IMG/VR virus record: IMGVR_UViG_3300048857_000030
Span: 1-29,895 of that record
Reading direction: 5' to 3' (one strand)
Length of the DNA: 29,895 nt
DNA from: a virus
Taxonomy: Duplodnaviria > Caudoviricetes
Below, piece by piece: positions 25,144 through 29,895 of this stretch. Below the pieces are notes generated by a model. It was not told the origin of the DNA. It ran no database searches and worked only from the letters and a program-made list of their open reading frames with translations. The translations under genes were made by a program, and so were the position numbers. Numbering within the stretch: position 1 is the stretch's first letter; every line of letters begins with the position of its first letter.

Positions 25144-26877
25144 CTACCAGTTGATCGCTTGCTTCATCATGCTCTGAAGCCCTAAGTTTCTGAGTTTAAG
25201 AGCAATGGTGGAAGACTGATCGATTGCGCCCGTTCGGTGCAGGGCGTCGTTGTATACTACTCCCAGCAGAAGGCATGCTTCCGGGATGAGGATACCTAAA
25301 GACTCGGCAAACTCGAGTTTTTTTGCAGTGCCATTACACTCGAGCAGAAACTTCTCTCGCTCTGGCTGATTCTGGATTCTGGAGTAAGTGCATTGCTCGA
25401 TCTGCACTCGAACGTAGGCACATACTGCGAAAGGGTCGTAAGTTCCGCCGCCGGCAATGCACTTGTCCCATTCTTCTTTCAAAAACTCGTAGAAATCATG
25501 ACTTTTACCGTGTCTCTTCGGTAGTCCGTATGTGGTGTTGAATACCTCTGAGATGTCTCGGTTTTCCGGATGGTAATGAAGGAAGTGCCGTGAGAGGTCT
25601 CCTGCCCAACATGCATCCTCTCGGTGCGCAATTACCTTCCGCATGGTTTCACTAATTTTCTGCGTTGTGTCTCCAAGGTATACGGTCTGCTGGCGTCTAA
25701 GCGCGTAACCTTTGAAATACAGTGGGTCTAAGTGGGTAAGGAGACAAATGTAAATCTGCCTCTTCTCTTGCCTGTACGCATCGATTAACTTGCTCATAAA
25801 ATATTGAGCAACAACGATGTTCGCGTCATCAAGATAGTCGAAGACTTCATCGATCAGGAGGATGCACGGTTTCGTGCTTGTCATCTCCCGCGTCCGTAGC
25901 AAATTGCAACCGAAGTAAAGAAGATCGCGCTGCCCATTTGAGAGCGATGAGGCGTCGGGGAAATTGACCACGACGCGACCTCGGGTTTCTTTTATTTCAG
26001 CGGTTACCCAAGCTCCATTGATGTCTTCGATGAAATCTTTCAAAGATTGTAGGCGTCGAGAATAAACGGCGTACTGCAACCATTTCTTCAGGTTCGACCT
26101 TGCGGATACGGTCAAGTCCATCAGTATGTAGCATATGATGATGCCCTCAAGCCAAGTGCTCCCTTGCTCGTGTTTCATCACTACATCAAAAACGGTCTTG
26201 AGATGCGGTAGTTCGTCGACTTTTTCAGCGTATTCGGCTTCGACCTTGGCGCTAATCGATGCTTTTGTTCCGCCTAGATCCTTTACCGCCCCGATTATTT
26301 TTTCGAACAAGTCGCACGATTTTTTTTGCTTAAGCTTGTCGATAGAGGCAATCACGCTAAGCAATTCACTTCTGAGAAGCTCGTCGTCGCACCGGGTAGA
26401 TAGGTTGGGGACAACCTTGGAATTGTCCCCGAACAACGGCTTGTACTTATTGATATCAAAGTTTATTTTTTCTTTATCAGATGCTGGTCCGAGGTCAAGT
26501 GACGGAATCTCTAAGTACGGCTTCGCAACTGTGAAGCCATTTATTTTTGGGAGCTTGGCTTTTGGCTCAATGTTTGACTTAATTACGTGAATATCAAATT
26601 CTTCTGATATTTCATTCAGGTTTGAATTGGCCTGAAGGGTATTTCCATCGTATTCAACGGAAAGACGTGATATTGCCGCATCATTTTTCTTGTGCTTGTC
26701 TTTTTCGTCAACGTTGAGCTTGCTGCCTCTAGCGCAGTTGAAAGCCGTAGATATGCTGCTTTTGCCAAAGCCATTCGGGGCAACAAGGATGTTAGTGCAA
26801 TTTGGGCGAAGATTAACCGTCAAGCTCACTTTTTCGAAACCACGAATGTTTTCGATGTGAATTTTCGAGATCGTCAT
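25144..26877 (-). CDS. ABC-type ATPase with a C-terminal HEPN-like domain (PrrC/RloC-like architecture), putative anti-phage protein
   Basis: Walker A APNGFGKSS, signature LSNGQR, Walker B/D-loop LLIDEVFDYLD, H-loop LLTH; C-terminal YVRVQIE..YNDALH; AAGGTGAGG RBS; the most AT-rich gene here. The ATPase call is firm, the HEPN call is inferred. Confidence 0.75.
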   Translation of the reverse strand: MTISKIHIENIRGFEKVSLTVNLRPNCTNILVAPNGFGKSSISTAFNCARGSKLNVDEKDKHKKNDAAISRLSVEYDGNTLQANSNLNEISEEFDIHVIKSNIEPKAKLPKINGFTVAKPYLEIPSLDLGPASDKEKINFDINKYKPLFGDNSKVVPNLSTRCDDELLRSELLSVIASIDKLKQKKSCDLFEKIIGAVKDLGGTKASISAKVEAEYAEKVDELPHLKTVFDVVMKHEQGSTWLEGIIICYILMDLTVSARSNLKKWLQYAVYSRRLQSLKDFIEDINGAWVTAEIKETRGRVVVNFPDASSLSNGQRDLLYFGCNLLRTREMTSTKPCILLIDEVFDYLDDANIVVAQYFMSKLIDAYRQEKRQIYICLLTHLDPLYFKGYALRRQQTVYLGDTTQKISETMRKVIAHREDACWAGDLSRHFLHYHPENRDISEVFNTTYGLPKRHGKSHDFYEFLKEEWDKCIAGGGTYDPFAVCAYVRVQIEQCTYSRIQNQPEREKFLLECNGTAKKLEFAESLGILIPEACLLLGVVYNDALHRTGAIDQSSTIALKLRNLGLQSMMKQAINW

Positions 26878-27139
26878 GCCTCACCTTACGAATCGTCAGC
26901 CACTGTAATGATTCAAGTTTAAGGCGAATTGCCAAGGTTCAGCAAGCGATAGGCGTGTTACCAGTATTGGCTGAAGTGGCCGTCGTCTCATTTGCAGCAA
27001 CTTGCATCCTCAAGGCTCGCATGTCGGGTCGGACAGTCAATGAAGTGGAAGGTAAGCTTGTAGAAGGCTTCGTTGATGTGTCACGTTTCGCTTTCGAGGC
27101 GTAAACAGCCGTTCCACGATACGAGCTTCCTACGTCTAC

Positions 27140-27182
27140 TTTGGGCCGAGGCCGTCATGGCGCAGAAGCGTCAACAGCGGTC
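27140..27182. repeat. Degenerate intergenic repeat, copy B, abutting the HEPN gene stop codon
   Basis: TTTGGGCCGA (27140-27149), then ATGGCgcagAAGCGtCAACAgCGGTC (27157-27182); the stop codon occupies 27183-27185. Confidence 0.6.
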
Positions 27183-28187
27183 TCATATTGCTTCGGCCGC
27201 ATTCCCCTCTTCGCGGGCTTCGCCGGTCGCTGCGGGAATACCCAGAAGCAATTCGATGAAGAAATGCGTTACATTCTCATCCGTTCCCTCCAAGGAAGCA
27301 CGAAACCGCCCGTTATTCTGAAAATAGAGAGAGAACAGCACTCGGTAGATCTGATCTATTGCCTTAGAACAGTCACGCAGTTGATTGACGTCGGCGTGGC
27401 TGAAGGAAGAGCCATGAACGGCCTTGGATCGATAACCATAGGCCTGCTTTACAAGCTTGAACTTCGAGATCCGATCAGGTCCAGGCGGTGCAAGCAACGC
27501 TGACACGCGCTCGGACACTTGATGACTTAGTTCTTGCTGGGAGGTCGACACCAGCGCCTCTAATCCGGAACAGTATTGAGCAATTTTCATAGCGACATCG
27601 GTGCTCTCTCGTGCCGCTCCAAGAAAGTACAGGAAGCGTTGAAACCGCAGCGACCCCTTCGCGAGCATCGTTGGCGAATCCGACGCCCTAAGGTACGTGG
27701 GCAACGAAGTCTTGAAACTGCGCGCGAGCCGCAACTCTTCCGATGAGAAAGTGACCTGCTCAAACGTGCCATCCGCCGAGCTCATACGCGCGGCCCATGA
27801 GTTACTGTGAGTCACGGGGCCTCTGGAGGTGCGTGCTGCAAGCCACACGCGATCAAAATGAGCGGCATTGTCCTTAACCAGCCAGAGCCCCATCTCTAGG
27901 CGCTTCAAGGCAAGCATGTCGTCGATGGCTCTCTTTTCAAGACTGGCTTCGATGCCTTCCACGCCGACCTCGATCTCTCCCCGTCGATATACGACTGCGT
28001 TGGCGTGATGGAAAAGATAACTGGTTTCTACGCTTCCGAGAGCGTCACCGAACTCGCGGATCAGTTCGGCAATGCGTCCCTTGTCCGTGGTGATGTAATA
28101 GTCGTCCGCGAAGCGCTCGCCGCGCTGCGGCATCGTTGGCAGTGAAATCTGGTCGAGGCCGCATAAAAAGGTCGTCTTGAGTCTCAT
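27183..28187 (-). CDS. HEPN-domain protein (Apea-like), putative RNase defence effector
   Basis: YCSGLEALVS..ELSHQVSERVSALL..LVKQAYGYRSKAVHG with an intact Rx4H motif. Confidence 0.85.
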   Translation of the reverse strand: MRLKTTFLCGLDQISLPTMPQRGERFADDYYITTDKGRIAELIREFGDALGSVETSYLFHHANAVVYRRGEIEVGVEGIEASLEKRAIDDMLALKRLEMGLWLVKDNAAHFDRVWLAARTSRGPVTHSNSWAARMSSADGTFEQVTFSSEELRLARSFKTSLPTYLRASDSPTMLAKGSLRFQRFLYFLGAARESTDVAMKIAQYCSGLEALVSTSQQELSHQVSERVSALLAPPGPDRISKFKLVKQAYGYRSKAVHGSSFSHADVNQLRDCSKAIDQIYRVLFSLYFQNNGRFRASLEGTDENVTHFFIELLLGIPAATGEAREEGNAAEAI

Positions 28188-28233
28188 GCTGATCCTACTT
28201 CAAAACACACCGCAAAATGCCCGCACAACCGTC

Positions 28234-28260
28234 TGTCCGCAATGGGCGGAGAGCGGTATT
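28234..28260. repeat. Related imperfect palindrome upstream of the HEPN gene (copy C, weaker)
   Basis: TGTCCGCAATGGGCGGAGAGCGGTATT contains CCGC-N12-GCGG and shares the TGGGC.GA and AGCGGT parts of copies A and B. Confidence 0.4.
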
Positions 28261-28510
28261 CCGGTTTCGGGTACGATCGCCTGGCTCCCGTGCAGTGGAA
28301 CAGCTGGGCAAAAACATCTGTCACCCGCCCATCACGTCCCACAAATCCACAAACCGTTCGTTCGGCGTGGTTATCTCGCGCCGGCGTGGACTGGCGAACG
28401 AGCTTTGGGTGATTCGCTAAATAAGGAGAACATTCACGAAACAGAGTTGGCTAACCTTTTCGTTAGCTGATTGTTTTCGCACTCTCTTTGCAGGCCCTCC
28501 GGGACCGCCA

Positions 28511-29599
28511 CTACTGTTTCGCTGGCGCGACCACATCCAGCCATTTCCAGCTTTCGTATTTGTCACCGCGGTGCTTGATGTGCGAGTAACGTTTGAGCGA
28601 GTTCCATGACCGGTGTCCGGAGACGGTAGCGACGTGCGGAATATTCCAGCCGAGCTCGAATAGCCGCGAAACGCCTTCGTGACGCAGATCGTGGAAATGC
28701 AGATCCTCGATACCAAGGAGGCTGCACGCCCGCGTGAAGGATGCGCTAATGCTCCTCGCTTCGTGGGGGAAGATTTCTTTTGCCTTCGTGCGCCGCATGG
28801 CGCGGATGATGCGGATCGCCTCGGGCGGAAGGTCGCACCACACATCGTTGCCGATCTTCTCGCCGGGGTTCTTCATGTCCCTGACGAGGACGCGCTTGTT
28901 TTCCTCCTCGTAGTCGGACCAGGTAATGCGGGAAATCTCTTCCTGGCGGCGGGTCGAGAAGATCGCGAACGCGATCAGCCGGCGCATGGGGATATGCGCT
29001 GCGTAGCGTGTCTCTCGATCGCTGTAGTGCTCCATCAGCCTGTCGAGCTCCTCCAGCGTCGGGCGCCGATCGCGCTGTGTTGATTTCGCGATCAGGCCCA
29101 GACGCTTCAGCACGACCTGGGCATCCTCCATTGCCGAATAGTCCAGATCGATCTTCCACGCCGGTCGTGCGATTGCGAAAATGCTGGACAGATGGGAAAT
29201 GTAATTGCCAACCGTTTGAGGCTGTCTCCCTTGTGATAGCTCCTTGGCGAATTCGACGATCTCTGCGCTGCCTATATCCTTGCAATCCATCTTGGCGATC
29301 TCGAACTCTTCCTTGACCTTTTCAAGAACCTGCGATTTCGTGCGCCCGATCGTTTTCTTGCTGTCTTTAATGTAGCGATCGATCGCGTCAGCTAGGGTCG
29401 ATTGAGGTTCTTTCAATCTTTCAAGGGCGCCTGGTTCTCGGAGTTCTGTTTCCCTCTTCTTGATCCACGCGGTCGCGGCGGCCTTGCGCTCAAACGTCTG
29501 TGCCTCTGAATGAATGACTACCTTGTCTCGCTTTAGCCGGATCTGCGCTGTATAAGATTTCTTCCCGTTTTTGCTTTTTCGCTCGGTTATGGTGCCCAT
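28511..29599 (-). CDS. Tyrosine recombinase / prophage integrase, dusA-associated integrase (DAI) type
   Basis: Catalytic set R (STRRQEEI), K (DMKNP), HDLRH, SGHR, RY; N-terminal arm-binding domain; divergent from dusA. Confidence 0.95.
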   Translation of the reverse strand: MGTITERKSKNGKKSYTAQIRLKRDKVVIHSEAQTFERKAAATAWIKKRETELREPGALERLKEPQSTLADAIDRYIKDSKKTIGRTKSQVLEKVKEEFEIAKMDCKDIGSAEIVEFAKELSQGRQPQTVGNYISHLSSIFAIARPAWKIDLDYSAMEDAQVVLKRLGLIAKSTQRDRRPTLEELDRLMEHYSDRETRYAAHIPMRRLIAFAIFSTRRQEEISRITWSDYEEENKRVLVRDMKNPGEKIGNDVWCDLPPEAIRIIRAMRRTKAKEIFPHEARSISASFTRACSLLGIEDLHFHDLRHEGVSRLFELGWNIPHVATVSGHRSWNSLKRYSHIKHRGDKYESWKWLDVVAPAKQ

Positions 29600-29600
29600 A

Positions 29601-29641
29601 TGAGTGCTACACGCCCTTATTGAGTGCTACAATGTAGCACT
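29601..29641. repeat. Direct and inverted repeats, putative integrase arm-type sites
   Basis: TGAGTGCTACA at 29601-29611 and 29621-29631; inverted TGTAGCACT at 29633-29641. Confidence 0.7.
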
Positions 29642-29690
29642 AGCATGACTAAAACGGGCGAAAAAGGCCGAAAATAAGAGCAAACTAGAC

Positions 29691-29895
29691 ATGAACGTGA
29701 AGGCTCAACCAGCTGAAATCGCGATAAAAGTCGGGTATTTCAATGCCCCCGTTTTCGCCGTGGCGCCTATGATCGACTGGACCGACCGTCATTATCGGTT
29801 TTTCGCGCGCCTGCTCTCGAGGCATGCTTTGCTCTATACGGAAATGATCGTCGCGGATGCGATTCTGCGCGGCGACCGGGAAAAGCTGCTCGGCC
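29691..29895 (+). CDS. dusA: tRNA-dihydrouridine synthase A, 5' part (runs off the window; absent from the ORF track)
   Basis: Manual translation from ATG 29691: [68 protein letters not shown], carrying the DusA APMxDWTDRH..LLYTEM signature. Confidence 0.93.
   Translation, partial: MNVKAQPAEIAIKVGYFNAPVFAVAPMIDWTDRHYRFFARLLSRHALLYTEMIVADAILRGDREKLLG

Larger units (their letters stand above)
1..29790. mobile_element. Temperate siphovirus-like prophage (right part) integrated in the 5' end of dusA; left part lies outside the window
   Basis: Contiguous head-tail-lysis gene order, then accessory genes and a tyrosine integrase divergent from a DusA N-terminus. Right boundary is approximate (att core expected near the APMIDWTD codons). 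Confidence 0.93.

Noticed and set aside
28177-28470. 97-aa plus-strand ORF between the HEPN gene and integrase
   Set aside because: TTG start overlapping the HEPN start, no RBS, no excisionase-like or other motif.
24861-28510. CRISPR array or classical integron attC sites in the defence spacers
   Set aside because: No regularly spaced identical repeats, no clear RYYYAAC..GTTRRRY attC pairs, and the integrase lacks the IntI-specific insertion.
29645-29677. Upstream ATG as an alternative dusA start
   Set aside because: Different frame, and it stops after 10 codons.

Overview
The window is the right-hand ~30 kb of an integrated temperate prophage in a GC-rich alphaproteobacterium, probably Rhizobiaceae (inferred from an alpha-type LexA box, an EcfG-type promoter and GTA-like tail genes). 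From left to right it holds: (1) a lambda-type head module (terminase C-terminus, gpW, portal, S49 protease, a separately encoded Nu3-like scaffold, gpD, gpE); (2) a non-contractile tail module with a lambda G/T-type GGGAAAG -1 frameshift, tape measure, tail tip and fibres, interrupted by antisense morons; (3) a Nudix hydrolase moron; (4) a lysis cassette (membrane-anchored lambda-R-like endolysin, overlapping spanins, holin); (5) a stress/SOS block (EcfG-type promoter, LexA box, standalone LigD-type ligase); (6) a low-GC three-gene candidate anti-phage island (KAP NTPase, ABC-ATPase with a HEPN-like C-terminus, Apea-like HEPN) whose spacers carry related degenerate repeats; and (7) a tyrosine integrase divergent from the 5' end of dusA, the integration site. 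The best candidate for an undescribed system is the 23.5-28.3 kb island and its repeats. All family calls come from motif recognition by eye; no database searches were run.
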